From the NCBI GenBank assembly GCA_028534125.1, contig CM052818.1, positions 25,918,001-25,982,000 of the forward strand: a stretch of 64,000 bases of DNA, written 5' to 3'. Positions 39,801 through 54,267 of the stretch are shown in pieces; position 1 is the first letter of the stretch, and the number at the start of each line of letters is the position of its first letter. A program made the translations under genes and the position numbers. This DNA is from Lama glama (Eukaryota). The notes below the pieces were generated by a model. The model did not search any database. It saw only the letters and a program-made list of their open reading frames with translations, and was not told the origin of the DNA.

Positions 39801-42800
39801 TTTGTTAATTTTAAGTCATCACCATACTCTATTCAGGTTCATATGCTCACAAAATTGCCTGATTTAATGTAGAAGTTTAGCTTATTCATTTAATTACTGC
39901 TTTAGCTGAATTTGCTCTTATTACAAAAGAAACACTATGTAACTTATGTTAACAAGCTGCTGAAATTTTAAATTTTATATTACTATTTTTGCCTATGTAA
40001 GAAGCAGGTAAAATTTCAGAATTATAAGATACAATGAGAAAAGTAAAAATTGGTGGGCTTATTTTGTTCCCTGAAAATAAGGTAAAGGGTTGGGTATAGA
40101 GGTTATGTGGACTGTGAACTACTTTCTTCCCATTAGCACATTGGATCTTCCCCACTCCTGTCCCAATTTTGGGTTCTGAATTTTAATTTCCTGGGTTTTT
40201 TTTTTTGCATGCAAGTTTAAAATTAGTATAATTTCAATTAGAAATTACCAAAGCTAGAGGAATCAGAGACAGATGAGATGGAGGAGTCTACAATATATTG
40301 TTCAAAGTCCTTATTGCTGTATTTTAGGATGGCCTTTCTTGGTTGCATTCCTGAATCTGTTCCCTGAAAATATTCTGTCATTCGTAGCCTTTGAAATACT
40401 TTTCCAGCTTTAAGTCCCAAATGTAGATTCTTCTGTTTTGTAATATCAATGTTATCATACCTATATCATCACATGTTTCAGTTTGGGACTTGAGAGATCA
40501 TAAATTACTTGTTCCAGTAGACCTTTTCCCATTCTGAAATCTTTGTTCTTGTAAGTTAAAATTTACTATTTCTAAAACAATCGACTTTATAAGGTCATTT
40601 ATTGAAGAATACCTTAAGTAATGTAGTGTTGCACTAATTACTCAACACCAGCTTTAAAACATTTGGGGAGTTAAACAGTTTTGTATGATTTGAGGTCCTG
40701 TTTTGGAAGAGAAAATTAACTCTTCTTCCTCAACTCTTCCTGGGACAGTTTTGTTTGGTTCATGGGTTCTAGTTTAGGATTTCTTTGGTCTCCTCTGAGC
40801 GTACTTGAAAATGGTTACTGCACCGTGCCCCCCACCCCAGGTCCTGAGGGAAATTTTTTCATATCTCCCTTAACTTTAGGGTGCTCCTTGAGGTAAAACC
40901 TATGATAATGGGGGCCTGTGAAGCCTGAATCTCTGCAGTTCTTACGTCTCAAGAACTCGTCCACTCTTAGCTTCCAACAGTTTGTCCAAATGACCATTTG
41001 TGTTTCTTCCAATTGCTCCAGCAGCTTCTTTCAGCTTCTGTTAAACTGACCTCAACTTATGATTCTTTGTATTTGCCTGTCTCTCTAGATTTTGGGGTGT
41101 AGTTTGCCCTGTGACCTCAGTTCTCTGATCTAAGAAAGAAGTCATTGGTTTTCACACTATTCAGGTTTTTTCTTGTTGTGAGATTGGTGTAGTGACTTCT
41201 TAGCCTTTTCCATGGGAGGGCTAAGACTGGAAGTCCAGTGGAAGACTATAAAGTCAGATCCCCACACCAAACCTAAATTTAATAAGGTGTTTCCTCATTC
41301 TGTTCTGGTAGCACTGAAGAACACTTTTTAAAAATATGGTTAATAATGCATAACAAAATAGATGATTTTAACCATTTTAAGTGTACAGTTCAGTAGCATT
41401 AAGTACATTCATATTATTGTACAACCATCAGCACCAGTCCGTCTCCAGAGCTTTTTCATCTTCCCAAACTGAAACTCTGTACACATTAAACTCCCCCATT
41501 CCTCCCCTCCTGTCAGCCCCTGATAACCACTTCTCTACTTTCTGTCTGTATGACTCTTGACTACCCTAGTGACCTCATATAAGGATAGTGACCTTTTTGG
41601 TGTGATAGAAACAGGAAGAGATGTGTGTGTGTATGTGGGTGTTAGGGAAACTAATGGAGAATATCAGGAGCAAAGATAGGAAAAGTAAAGAAATTAAAGG
41701 TAGATTGTATGGAGCAGGTCTCCAGATGGTCCTGTAAGTAAGTAAATGGGGAGCCACAGGTGACTTCAGCACACAGTGGGGTGATTACATTTCTTGTTGA
41801 AAGAATTAAGTGACTATGGGAAGGATGGGTTGGAGGGTACAGGAAGGAGGTGCAGGTCTATTTGGAGCATCTAAAGTACAGCCTAGGGACAAGACCACCA
41901 TTGGGCTTGTCTACGGGGTACTATTAATCCTCTAAACCCTGTGAAAGGTGCGTTCTGAAGCTCAAGTCTATTGTATATAGAATGAATGGAGTTGTGCCAT
42001 GTGGCAGCCTTGTGACCAACAGAGGGATGTGGGCCTTAAGTTGAAGATACTGAAAGTGAAGGCAGTCCAAGAGAATTTTGTAATTGATAGGATAGGTAAC
42101 CTACTGGGGATGGGAGTTTTGTGGAATAATAATTAAAGATGGTTTAAAGTTTAAGACTGATCTTTACATTAGGTAGTGATCATCTGGACAATACTTTTTT
42201 CTCTCACCTTATATCTCCTTTTCGTAAGTTGCTCCATCCCTCATTGAGCCTACCTTACCCATCTTTTCTCTGCCCCTAATTTGAGCTTTGTTACATGCTT
42301 TGGACTGTATAGTGAAACTTATTAGAAGTATTTCTGAAACAAAGGCATTTTTCTTATGTGGGGGGTACTTTGAGGAAAGGATATGTGGGCTTTAAATATA
42401 CTAAAGTACAGGGCTCTTGATACATGTCAAAGTTAATTCATTTATTATGTCCCAGATTTAATTTTCTAGAGAGATTGCCTTATGGTATATTAACTTTTAT
42501 ATAATTTTATAAGATTTAATTATAACAGTTTAGCCCTGTTGTTTAAGTTAGAACATTTTACTATGGAAAATTTTGAATATACCCCAAGATAGTATAGTAT
42601 AATGAACCCCAATGCACCTATCAACATTTTGCTGGTCTTGTTTCATCTTTTTTCCTCCTTGCCCTTGTATTCTTTTTTTTTTTTCCTTCCTGAAATAGTT
42701 TAAAGCAAATGCCAGGTGTATTCTTTCACTACAAGTACTTGAGTATTTAACAGATAAGGACTTCATTATTATGATTGTTGTTGTTGTTGTTGTTGTTATT

Positions 42801-43411
42801 AATACAGCCACAATATCATTATCACACCAAATAATCATCTTTACCCCAACTTAACACCATCTAATATAAATACCCATTCTGAGTTCAGGTTTCTCTTTTG
42901 GGTTCAAAAAAGACTTTTATATTTTATAGTTGCATAGTTTCAGGTTTCAAACAAGTCTTGTGATTATTTTTAAAGTTGATTTTTTTAAGGCAGTGTGAAA
43001 ACATTTTAGTATAAGCTATTCTAAGAGAGCCATTTTGTTTGGAACTTAGTTTTGCTTATCTGTACAAGGTGGTGTCAAAATAGCTACCGTCTATCTTTTA
43101 TATGATTTTTAAACATTATAGGAAATCTCTCTAAAATGGGAGAAAGTGGGTGTGACCCCACTTATCTAGAGGCCTAGAGTCTAAAAATGTGAGCAGATTT
43201 GAGAAAGTTCAGGTTTGGAGGAAGACCACACCTCTCTAAGAGCAACCCAGGTGGGATTTGGGACCACTTTTTTAACTACTTGTATACTGTTACAGTATAT
43301 TTTGTCTCCCTGGATTTAGCTTCCTCATCTGTAAAATAAGGAATGGATGACATTCCTTTTGAGTTCTTAATATTTTGTGTTTTATTGTATATTTGTGCTT
43401 GATTTTAACAG

Positions 43412-43546
43412 GATTCTCAAAGTTGGATTGGTGGAAACAATGAACCATTGACTGGCTTTACATGGCGGGGTGGTTGTGAAAGAGAAACAACAGGCATACA
43501 AGTCTGGAATGAAGTGTTTGTGATTGACAGACCTAATGGAACAAAA
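43412..43546 (+). CDS. ATL2: ATL2 exon 3 (135 nt)
   Basis: aacag|[45 protein letters not shown]|gtaaaa. Confidence 0.97.
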
Positions 43547-43849
43547 GTAAAATTCTCTTTTTTTGCTATTTTTTTCTTCCGTGTTCTTTCTTGAACAATT
43601 TTCTGGTATTAAAGATCAAAACAACAAAAAACTATTAATGTCTGGTAACATTAACATACGTGGATTATCTTGTCAAAATGTGTGAGATATTTAACTTAGA
43701 GTACTTTCCTTGACTTAATTATTGTTTTTGATATTAATCATTTTATATTTAATTTTTATAGTCACTATTGGTGACTATATTGGTGAATTGGTGAATATTT
43801 TACTGTTGGTGAATATTTTATTTAGTATTTCAAACTTTTAAATTCTTAG

Positions 43850-43954
43850 GTGGCTGTGCTGCTAATGGATACCCAGGGTGCCTTTGATAGCCAGTCAACT
43901 ATCAAAGATTGTGCGACAGTGTTTGCTCTGAGCACTATGACTAGCTCTGTCCAG
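43850..43954 (+). CDS. ATL2: ATL2 exon 4 (105 nt)
   Basis: cttag|[35 protein letters not shown]|gtgaga. Confidence 0.97.
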
Positions 43955-46459
43955 GTGAGACACAGAGATGCTGTGGTATGATCAGTTTAGATAATCCTAA
44001 TTCCTTTGTTCTTCCTCAGAACACTTTTGGATTGAAGAAAAGAAAAAGATTAAAATTAAAGAAAGCTCTTGGTTATTTGTATTTCTATACTTGTTATTCC
44101 GGCTCACAATGTGAAATTTCCTACATTTGAGTGCTTACCAGGGAAACAGTAAGCCAGTAGCCAGTCCCTTTGGTATTTCATCATAGCATTTATACTTTGT
44201 TCCCTTTTAAATGAAAAGATATTATTGCATGCTATCCTTAATTGAATTCAAGGATATTCAGTTGATATTAAATTCAGTTGAGTTCAGGCATATGCCAAAA
44301 TACAGTAAGATATAGAGTATATCTTTATTTTTTGGCTAAATCAGACAAACAACAAAACCAAGTAATTAAATTTCGTTCTTTATTTGATATATATGACAAC
44401 TAGTACTCAATTATTTGAACTAATAGGGGTAGAAGCGTAAGAATTAATTCATATTTAACTTAGGAAACCTAAATGATGTTTATATAATTAACTAAGGACT
44501 TATAGCACCTGTTTCATTTAGAAAGGGGTAAAATCCTTGCTGTTTTTTCACTTACACTGTACCCTAATTGTGTTTGCTGTTCTGTCAAGTTCTAGTCTCT
44601 TCAAGCTAGGCCATCTTTTTTCTGTATAATTTAGACTGATTGGATTGAATTAAACCACCACAGGTCATTTTGTTACTTCTTTTCTTTCTCATTTCTGAGA
44701 TCATCTGCGGTTGATATTTTTCTGGCTGAAAATTATTACTAAATTATTGAAATACGGTGGTTAGGTCCAGCTGGTGATATGTCAAGATGTGTATTTGCGA
44801 AAGTTAAAAAAAAGTATGTGCTTCTCCTGAGATAGAGATATTTCTTACTGATGGTAGATTATAGGTAATACTGTCATAGTGTCTTGGAATTTTTGTGACA
44901 CTTTCCAGTAATATCTGGAGTACATGACCAGTCTCAAAGTTTCCATTTCCTTCCTTCCTCATTTCAAAGTATGTAGCTGTCAGAGTGGAAACAAGTTTTG
45001 GATATTATTATGTGATAAAAGAGGAATGGCTTCTTTTTATTATAGGGATGGGGATATCTGTCATTACAAACTAAATGATGCTATTGGGAATCCTCAGAGT
45101 CTCTCAGTTTATTCTACCTCTTTTTCTCTGATCTTGCAAGGTGGCACAACTGCCATCCATGTTCTTGAGGCAAGCAGAAGCCACATCTTTGTGTTTATGT
45201 TATCACATTATAGCCCTTTAGATTAGTTGGTTCTATGGCTTAACTTAAATTATAATGAAGGAGTTCTCTATCCTAAAACTTGTACCTTGATCTCTTGTTG
45301 ATTCAGCTTTGTTGATTCAGCTTTATGATAGCAAGGGTCCTGGTTTTGGACTTAAAGCCACTCAGTCACTTTCTTATCAGTAAAATGAGGATTTTGCCCA
45401 TCTTGCCTATCTCATATGTGGTTTTGTGTGTAGTCAGAAATGAGATCCACATGAGATAATTGAAAAGAAAGTGCTTTGTAAACTACAAATAATCTAGAAG
45501 ATTAAAATTATTTTTTATTATTGCCTTTTTCTTGGTTATTGAGGCTAGATTTTTCTTCTTCCCTAGATAAGCTATCTGGCTGATAGATCAATGACAAATT
45601 GATCCTTTTGTCATTTACTCTCCCAACAAATAATCAATTAAGTACAATACGGTATGCTAAGTACTAATGATCTACAACAAACAAATATTTTTTTGTCTTT
45701 ACTATTTTTCTCCTGGCCCTGCCAATAAAAAGATCTGGGCCTGTTTTCTAAAAGCTGAGGACCATATGGGTAAGAATATGTTGGTCATGGTTTTAGTTTT
45801 TAAATTTAAATCAGGAGTTTAATCATCTCAGCCATTAGTTAATTTTTAAGTACCTGGTTGGAATTCGTCAGCTGAGAATATCATTTTAGGCTTGTTAGCC
45901 TATATTGGCTGTTTATATTCTCGACCTCCAAGTGATTCAGTTAGATTATCACTTACTTGCTCTTAGAACAGATTGTTTTATATTTGGTGTAACCCTATTT
46001 TTTTAGACCTGAGTTATTTCTTAGCAGAGGTGACAACTGTGGACATCCACTTTTCTCCTTTGATGGCCTAGGTCATCTTTTAAAGACTTGACTCAGAAGG
46101 ACTGAACCTATTGAGCTTTTCTCCAGTTTCTCTTTCTTGAGCGTACTTAGTCAGCTCTGGTCTGTGTGCCTTGGAAAGCCTCCTAAAAAATTGTAGAACA
46201 GGCAAGAGTGCCACCTACTGTAATTTTTTTAAGCTAATACTGTCTGGTAAAATTTTCATATTAAGCTATTTAGACTGATGAGTTTGCTTAAGTAAAAAGG
46301 GAAAACCAATTAGAGTTGATGGTAGTTGAGGCACCTACAGAATAACTATAAACTACATACTACAAATGTTCCAAGGAATTTATCTTTGTAGAACTATGCC
46401 CTTCACATTTATTGACTTAGAAAAATAGTTGTGGAAACTCTTCACTTAAAAAAAAATTA

Positions 46460-46656
46460 AAATTGTAGAATAGATAAACAAGATTATACTGTATAGCACA
46501 GGGAAACATACACAAAATGTTACGATAACTCACAGAGAAAAAAATGTGACAATGAGTGTGTATATGTCCATGAATGACTGAAAGATTGTGCTTAACACTG
46601 GAATTTGACACAACATTGTAAAATGATGATAAATCAATAAAAAATGTTAAAAAAAG
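46460..46656 (+). mobile_element. Relatively young L1 3' end, 5'-truncated
   Basis: agaatagataaacaagattatactgtatagcacaggg...ttgacacaacattgtaaaatga...aataaaaaatgttaaaaaaa. Confidence 0.78.
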
Positions 46657-46958
46657 TCACAATATAGAGCATCTTAGTACATAATGTACTTAGAAAAAAA
46701 AGTCTGCTGCCTTCTAGGTCCCATATGTGTGTATTTATGATTTTTACAAAGTTTACCACCGCTGCTTCCCCCCTAATGTTTTATGCTGACTGTTATTAGG
46801 GAAAAAGAAAATCTTTTTCATGTGCCACTGGTTAAGATAGTGACTAAGTCATACATTTGTGTTGAGGTATGAAATGGCCTTCATTTCCACAAGTAAAGTT
46901 ATACATAGCTGGGTATTCGAAGTAAAACACTAATAAAAACAAAATTTTGTTTTAACAG

Positions 46959-47009
46959 GTATATAATTTATCTCAAAATATTCAAGAAGATGATCTTCAA
47001 CATTTGCAA
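46959..47009 (+). CDS. ATL2: ATL2 exon 5 (51 nt)
   Basis: aacag|VYNLSQNIQEDDLQHLQ|gtatgt. Confidence 0.97.
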
Positions 47010-47308
47010 GTATGTATGTCTCAAAGAATGTATGCCAGAGTATTGAGAATTTAGTTCCCGCTTTATGGTGACTTTACACCAAGAACCTATAATATTTTAA
47101 GAAGATTGGCTATTATATGGTTTTAAACTGATGTACGACATCTTAACTAGAAGAAATTTTAATATATACCCAGACTTAAAAAAATTAAATACTTGGCTTT
47201 CAAATGATTTTAAGGGCTCTGACATCTAGTGGTCTGATATAGAACAGCTTTACAGATGTCTTCTTTCTACCTCTTTGGGGCATTATTTTAAATAATTTTA
47301 TTTAATAG

Positions 47309-47365
47309 TTATTTACAGAGTATGGCAGACTTGCAATGGAAGAAATCTACCAGAAGCCATTTCAG
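47309..47365 (+). CDS. ATL2: ATL2 exon 6 (57 nt)
   Basis: aatag|[19 protein letters not shown]|gtaaat. Confidence 0.96.
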
Positions 47366-48192
47366 GTAAATAAATATTTTGTCATTAAAAAAAAATTCAT
47401 CTATGAAAAGCTATTAAGCCATCTCATCATGCGTCTCTGAAGACATGAGGATATTATGTCAAACTCATTTTGAGCAACACATTCAGCAGAATTGAAATTA
47501 ATTTATGATAATGTCACCACCAACTTATCAGTGGCAGGTAACAGGATAGGAAATAGAACAAATGAATATAGGTTGATTCTTAACACTTTTCTTAGATTAA
47601 GAGGTTAATAACATTTCTCTTAACTAGACGTTAATTCTAAAACTTGAGATAGTCATGCAGATTTCTTTTATATGTGATAAACTACTACAGAATATTATTG
47701 GTTTTGTGTGTGTGTATGTGTAGTGCAAGTTGAGGTTAGACTTGTTATTCTTTATTTTTGTTTCAAATAGAAAAGTTTGAGAATTTATTGTATCTCTTCC
47801 CCCTCCTCCACTCCCTGTAGCCCCATGTGTTTTTTTATTCCTTTTAAATACTAAGTATAGAATATTAAGTTAAAAATTAACCTGGGTGGAATTATTTGAG
47901 AAGCATGTGCTCTGATTGCTTCTGTGGAGTCAAAGCTGATTTCAGGTAGTTTCTTTTTTGAAGTAAGTATAGTTTATAAGTTGACATAGTACTATCTAGT
48001 TAGATATATTGCAGTAGGTGAGAATGACTACCCTGTTTGTTCGTTAGTTTATGAAGTCCTTTCTGTGTGTCGGCATCACTCATGATTCTTAGTAGGTCTT
48101 GTCTGGCTCAGGTGATCACTTTTATGAAATATTTGGGCAGGTTATGGGATCATTTTGTGTATGTGGATGAAATATACTCTATTTGGCCTATA

Positions 48193-48412
48193 CCAGTTTT
48201 TGTGAACTGGGGTAATTTTGCCACCTAGAGGACATTTGCCAATGTCTGGAGACATTTTTGGTTGTCACAGTTTGGGGGAGGACGTTTAATGCCACTGGTA
48301 TCTAGTTTAGAGACCAGACATGCTGTTTAGCATCTTACAGTGCATGGGCCAGCCTTGCACAGCTAAGAATTATGTGACCCAAGATGTCGATAGTGCTAAG
48401 GCTGAGAAACCT
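48193..48412. mobile_element. MER20 hAT DNA transposon
   Basis: ggggtaattttgccacctagaggacatttgccaatgtctggagacatttttggttgtcac...gatagtgctaaggctgagaaacct. Confidence 0.88.
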
Positions 48413-48796
48413 AAGCATGTATGAATAAAACATTCTATGAAAGGAATTAGTTGGCCTAGAATTAGGTTAGATGGTCTTCTAGTTACACAATCTTGACTTA
48501 AAATTGTGACCTGTATGTTCTGATATGGTTTTCGTTTTCTAAAATCCTGTGTTACTGCATGTGGTGATTTTTTATACACGTGAAGTTTTCAAATGGAGGT
48601 AATTGCTTGGAATAGAAACTGGGAGTGTTGTTGACTTATGTAGGCTCTTGATGTAACAATGAGTAGTATTAAACCATTTGGTTAACTTTGATAAGGAATG
48701 TTTTGGGGAGTAAAGGAGGCTTTAGTTATTAAAATAGTGATTTTTTGTAAATTTTTATAAGAAATGGTTTCTCTCTTTTTTCTCTTCTGTCTGTAG

Positions 48797-48889
48797 ACAT
48801 TAATGTTTTTGATTCGAGATTGGAGTTATCCTTATGAACATTCATACGGTTTGGAAGGTGGAAAACAATTCCTTGAAAAAAGATTACAG
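48797..48889 (+). CDS. ATL2: ATL2 exon 7 (93 nt)
   Basis: tgtag|[31 protein letters not shown]|gtaagc. Confidence 0.97.
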
Positions 48890-49375
48890 GTAAGCCCCCC
48901 TTTCTTAGAGAGGACAGCATAAGCACCAAACCAGGTAAAGGAGTGAGCCGCCTGGACTGCTGCTTAGACTACCAAAATCTTAAGTGTCATTGGAACAAGT
49001 TGAGTATCCCAAGTTAGCCCAGATAACTCCATACATAATTGATGAGAAGTAAACGTGGTAGCACTCTTGCCAAAGTGGACAACAGAAATACCCTTGAATA
49101 GAAATAAAGGAACACGTATTTCTCTCCTTAGCCAGTTGCCCCACCAGCAAATCAATATTCAGAGGATAAAAGTTTGAAGGAGACTAACTTTTTAATCTAT
49201 TTAGATTGCATGCATGTCTCTTTCTGGCCCAGCTGAGCTTCTGAACACTTGGGACAGGCTGGAAAATCTAATGTGAATGCATTGAACACAGATGATGTGA
49301 GGCCCTCTTTCCAAGGAATACTGTCTCATAGAGTGGCAGCATATAGAGCTAGAAAAGGGATCTTAAACATTAGTG

Positions 49376-49411
49376 TACACACACACACACACACACACTC
49401 ACACACACACC
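49376..49411. repeat. (CA)n microsatellite with one interruption
   Basis: Visible directly. Confidence 0.9.
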
Positions 49412-49809
49412 CCAAAACTGGGACCCAGAAAAGTGACTTACCTTTGGTCACTTAACTAATTATGGATAACTGAGAATAGGACCCAAACATCCGGACTCCA
49501 GGCCTGACTCATGCAATATACCACACCAAGGCATTCCTAGAAAATAACCTTACCAGCATGATCCTTTATTCCTAAAGATATCCTCCCATGGAAGTACTTG
49601 GGAAACCCTCAGGTCAGATACTGCACGTCTATTTACATCACAAAAGATACATAAACATCCCTTTATTCATAAGCAGGAGGTTTCTCTCTTTTGGTTAATA
49701 AAATTTTGTTTGCCTGTGGAAAGATGCATTAAGTTTCTCAACCACATTCAAAGGCTCTGGGTACGATATAACTTTTCTTAATCCTAAAATGAGAGTAAAA
49801 CCAACTTCT

Positions 49810-49902
49810 CGGGAATGGATATAGCTCAGTGGTAGAGCACGTGCTTAGCATGCTGGAGGTCCTGGGTTCAATCCCTAGTACCTCCAGTAAAAAGAAAATA
49901 AA
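49810..49902 (+). mobile_element. Vic-1-type SINE (short form)
   Basis: ggatatagctcagtggtagagcacgtgcttagcatgctggaggtcctgggttcaatccctagtacctcc + A-rich tail; TSD TAAAACCAACTTCT at 49796-49809 and 49903-49916. Confidence 0.9.
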
Positions 49903-51095
49903 TAAAACCAACTTCTTCTTGGATTGTTTAAGGCATTTCCAGACTCTGCTGTGAGAGATAATTTCATTCATCAGTATTTTCTCTAATTTGTTCTGAAGAA
50001 ATGAGCACAAAGCACATCAGGCATACTAAGTAGAGTGAGAATTATGTATTTCAAAGACAAGAAGATTTTTTAACATCTTACTGAAGTGATACAGAAAGTG
50101 CTCAAATCAGAAATCAGAAATGCTCAGTTTGATGAATTTGTACAGATTGAACACAGCCATGTAACCACCCAGAAGCACCTGCCTCTGTCCACTAAGCCCC
50201 CCCCCCCCCAACACTCTACTGCTATTTTGACCTCTAACAGGCTTTGTTTTTGGAGTTTTTATGTAAAGAATCACATACAGTATGTATTCTGAGATTAATC
50301 TGTTTTGTTGCATGTAGTTCTCTTTAGTCTCATTGCTATGCAGCATTCCATTATATGAATAGGCAACAGTTTTTTCATTTTGCTCTTGATGGACATTTAG
50401 GTAGTTTCCAAGTTTTGTTGATTATGAATCGTAAATGTGTTTTTAGAATGGTTTTGAGAAGAGTTTGGGAGAATATGTGAGTTACATTGGGATAACTAGT
50501 TGTTAAAAATCTAAGTTTAGGATTTTCTTTCAGTAAATACATTGCAGTCTCTTATGAAAAACACTGATAACTGACATAGGTCATAAATAATCATTTGGAG
50601 TGAGTGCTGAATCCTAACAGATTTTTAAGATTCTTTGCACTGCACTGGAGCCTTTCAGCATAGCTGTTATTTTGTTCAATGGCTGACCTTTTTATTTGTA
50701 GGCAAATTAGTACTTTGTTTTTCTCTTTGCCATTATAAGTACTATAAAGGCAAATTTTCACTTTATTTACTGGTTTATAAATTATAGTCACACCTTGTTG
50801 TTCTGGTGTTAGATATTATGATTGATTATTATTTGTATTTTTTAATATCCTTGGCAGCTCACATGGGAAAAAACATCTTTTCTGATTTAAGACTGAGTGA
50901 GGTCTTACAAAATAGTCAGAAATGGTCTTTAGTAAAATTCCATATTGTCAAAAATCACCCAGATGAGTAGCATCTACCCACTCAGATGAGTAGCATCTGA
51001 GTTAGTGTGCATGCATGTGAGTGTGTGTGTGTGTTTTTTTAAAAAAATTTTTTTTCTCTTGTTTGCACCATAACCCTGTCTCCTTCTGTCCCCAG

Positions 51096-51234
51096 GTAAA
51101 ACAAAATCAACATGAAGAGCTACAGAATGTAAGGAAGCACATTCACAATTGTTTCTCAAATCTTGGTTGCTTCCTTTTGCCACATCCTGGTCTTAAAGTT
51201 GCAACTAATCCTAGTTTTGATGGGAGATTGAAAG
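51096..51234 (+). CDS. ATL2: ATL2 exon 8 (139 nt)
   Basis: cccag|[46 protein letters not shown]+G|gtggga. Confidence 0.97.
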
Positions 51235-52044
51235 GTGGGAGTTCCCATTCTTGCTAAAATCAGAACTTAATTTTTAGAGGCTGAAAGTTAAAAAAATTCT
51301 TGGTTCCTTAAATTTTCTCTCCTACTTTAGGAGAGCATTCTGATGCATTGTTAATTACATGACTTTAATGCTCTGTGTAGTCTTTCTAGCTTCCCACTGG
51401 TTTGTTGGAAACACCTAGCAGATTGATTAACATATTTTATAATGTGGTCTTTTGCCCAGCACTGATGTCCTAAAAATGCTGAAAGCTGAGAACCTTTCAG
51501 TATTTCATCTGATTGCAGTCTGCTAAAAAAGCTTTACCAATATATTGATGTGATTAGATTTAAATCTGTTTAGGGGGTGATAGTATAATTTTTTGTGTAT
51601 GTTTTAGGATTATTTTGAGCATGATGGCAAAAGGCTTGAGGATTGACAAAACTTAACAGTATGGCTAGAGAAACAAAATTTAGTATTAAAATTTGATACA
51701 CTTTCATGAATTGCTTGCCATTTGACAAGGATAGTTTAGTTAATACTTAATGTGGAATTTGTTTTGGTAGTCCACAGTTTGTTTTATTTATTATTTGAGC
51801 TGAAAGAGTTATTGGGAGATGAAGGAAATAGGGTAGTGGAGTAGAGGGAATTACATTTTTTCCTAGGAGACGTTACAGTGTGACAGTGTTTGGATGAGTT
51901 TTTAAAAATGAATCTGCACTTAGGTAATAAGATATTGTACTCTTATTTCATGAAACAGAATTTTATTAACTCTTACCACTGGGGACTTCTTTTTGTTTTT
52001 GTGTGTTTTTTGACTAACGTGTTGACTAATTTCATGTCCACTAG

Positions 52045-52172
52045 ATATTGATGAAGATTTTAAGCGAGAGCTTCGAAATCTGGTTCCATTGCTACTTGCC
52101 CCGGAAAATTTGGTAGAAAAAGAGATAAGTGGATCTAAAGTCACTTGTAGAGATCTTGTAGAATACTTTAAG
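52045..52172 (+). CDS. ATL2: ATL2 exon 9 (128 nt)
   Basis: actag|(D)[42 protein letters not shown]|gtagga. Confidence 0.97.
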
Positions 52173-53274
52173 GTAGGAAAACTCTTATATTAAATGACTT
52201 TGTCTAAGTTAGAAAAATAGCTAACTTAAAACTCTTCTGTATGTATAAGAAATTTCTTACCTTTATTTTAAAGCAGAAAATTAAAATTTGTAATTTATTT
52301 TTCTGCCTTGAATTGGGTGTATCAATATTTAAGGATATTTAAAATTGTAGCCAACAACTTGTATCTTCCAGGCAGTGATTTTGTTTATAGTCAGTCCTTT
52401 TTCTCCAGCTCTGATAGGGAGAGAAGGACCATTCATCATGTTATTGTGATACCACTTTATCATTTGAGAGTGGTAAGAGGTACTGGGAGCGTAAATCTAC
52501 ATCTTGAGTTTTCACAAAAGCTTTCTCTCAGAGTTCTGAGGACTTGATAAGAACAGCCAAAAGCATCAAAACTGGTTTTTGAGCTCAAGTAAATTAGTCA
52601 CATTTTTTTTTCTCTGCTCTTCTCTAGTCTGTATAGCTTGCTTGCCAGAGAGCTGTATTTGTTCATCGTAGTTGTAAATAGGTGAAAGAGAAAATACAGT
52701 TAAATAAGAGTATATTTTTTTGTTATTTATGGACACTTAATGATCACCTTCATACTATTTTTGTTTAGTTATGAATTAATTTAGAGTCAGTAGAAAGTTC
52801 AGATGAAAGATTCCCATGTAGACTTACTTAAAAACTCCCATCTTTCCTTCTTACTGTTAAACCACAAAGTGGGTAATTTTTTTTGAACTGAAATATACTT
52901 TAAGCTGGTCAATGTAAAATACTGAGTTAAAATGTTCTTACATATTTATTTGAAACGTTGGCAGTAGGGGAGAATTATGGATTTCTTTTTATAAAGTGGA
53001 TGGCATTTTGTATATAACTTAATTATGAGACATAACTTTCCTGCAAAGTTGGAATTATATTTAGAGACATTTCTCTCTGCTATTGTTTAGCAACATGCAT
53101 TTAACAATATTGAGAATAGGTTAACTTTGCTGGAATGAGAGTGTATGATTTTTAAAGCCTAGACTTTGCTTTTAATATTGTGACTCATTTTTCTACTTAA
53201 TGGTTTTTCTTTCTTTGGGGATGTGGAGCCAGATTACATAACCTACCAATATAATGAGTCTTCTGTATTTTTAG

Positions 53275-53385
<111 letters not shown>

Positions 53386-54267
53386 TAGTGATAAATGCTG
53401 GAAATGGAGTGGTGCTTCTTTGCATGCAAATGTATTTTAGATACTTAAGGCAGTACATGTCATGGGTCCTGAGGTTTTTATATGAGTTTTTGTAACTACC
53501 GATAGCAGGCCTTACACACACAGGCCCCAAGAAATGAGGGCCCTCTGTACCTTCTCTTCAGTTGCTCAAAACGTGTAGGTAAATTCCCGTTTCAGAAGAT
53601 AGCTTCATATGGGCCTTGCTGAACCAAGCTGCTTCTGTCTCTGAGTCTTTGACAATGAATGTTGTTTGAGATAAGGCTTATTTGCTCTCGATGTTAATGA
53701 CTGAGAGCTCCTTCTAGTAAATGTAGATTTTTTTTTCTTTTTTAAAAAAGGTATTCTTTGGGGACAATGTTATTTTACCCTAATTCATTTTGTAAAGATT
53801 TGCCACTTTGAGTAATTTCTCAGTTTTACAGTGGATTAAACGGTGTTGTTGTTTTTTCCCCCCATAAAATTGTGGATTTAAAAGTATATCCTGTGTAATA
53901 CTGATTATGAGAAAGAGAACCTTAAGAATAATTCTTGATTCTTTTTATCTGGAGACTTAGCACATTTTAGGGTTGTAGCTGTTTAGTTCTGTATAACTTC
54001 CTGGGCATATGTGGTATTTGCTGCAAACCCATTTTAACAAACCCAAGCACAAGAAAATTAAGCAGGTAGTCCTATTACAAGCAATTATTACATCCTTCAT
54101 ACTAGTATTTCCTTCACTAGAAAGGAAAACTGGAAGTTGGTAATATTTTCTCTGATTCATTTTTAGACTTTTGTTCATTATACATAATTCGTTGTATTTA
54201 TTAGAATTTCTAGTCCTCAGGCTTTTTTTTTTTGCATAAAATTGGCACATTTTTTTTTATTTCTTAG

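Noticed and set aside
49810..49890. tRNA-like sequences with A/B boxes (also at 9155, 24816 and 32721)
   Set aside because: A-rich tails, TSDs and multiple diverged copies show these are SINEs, not tRNA genes
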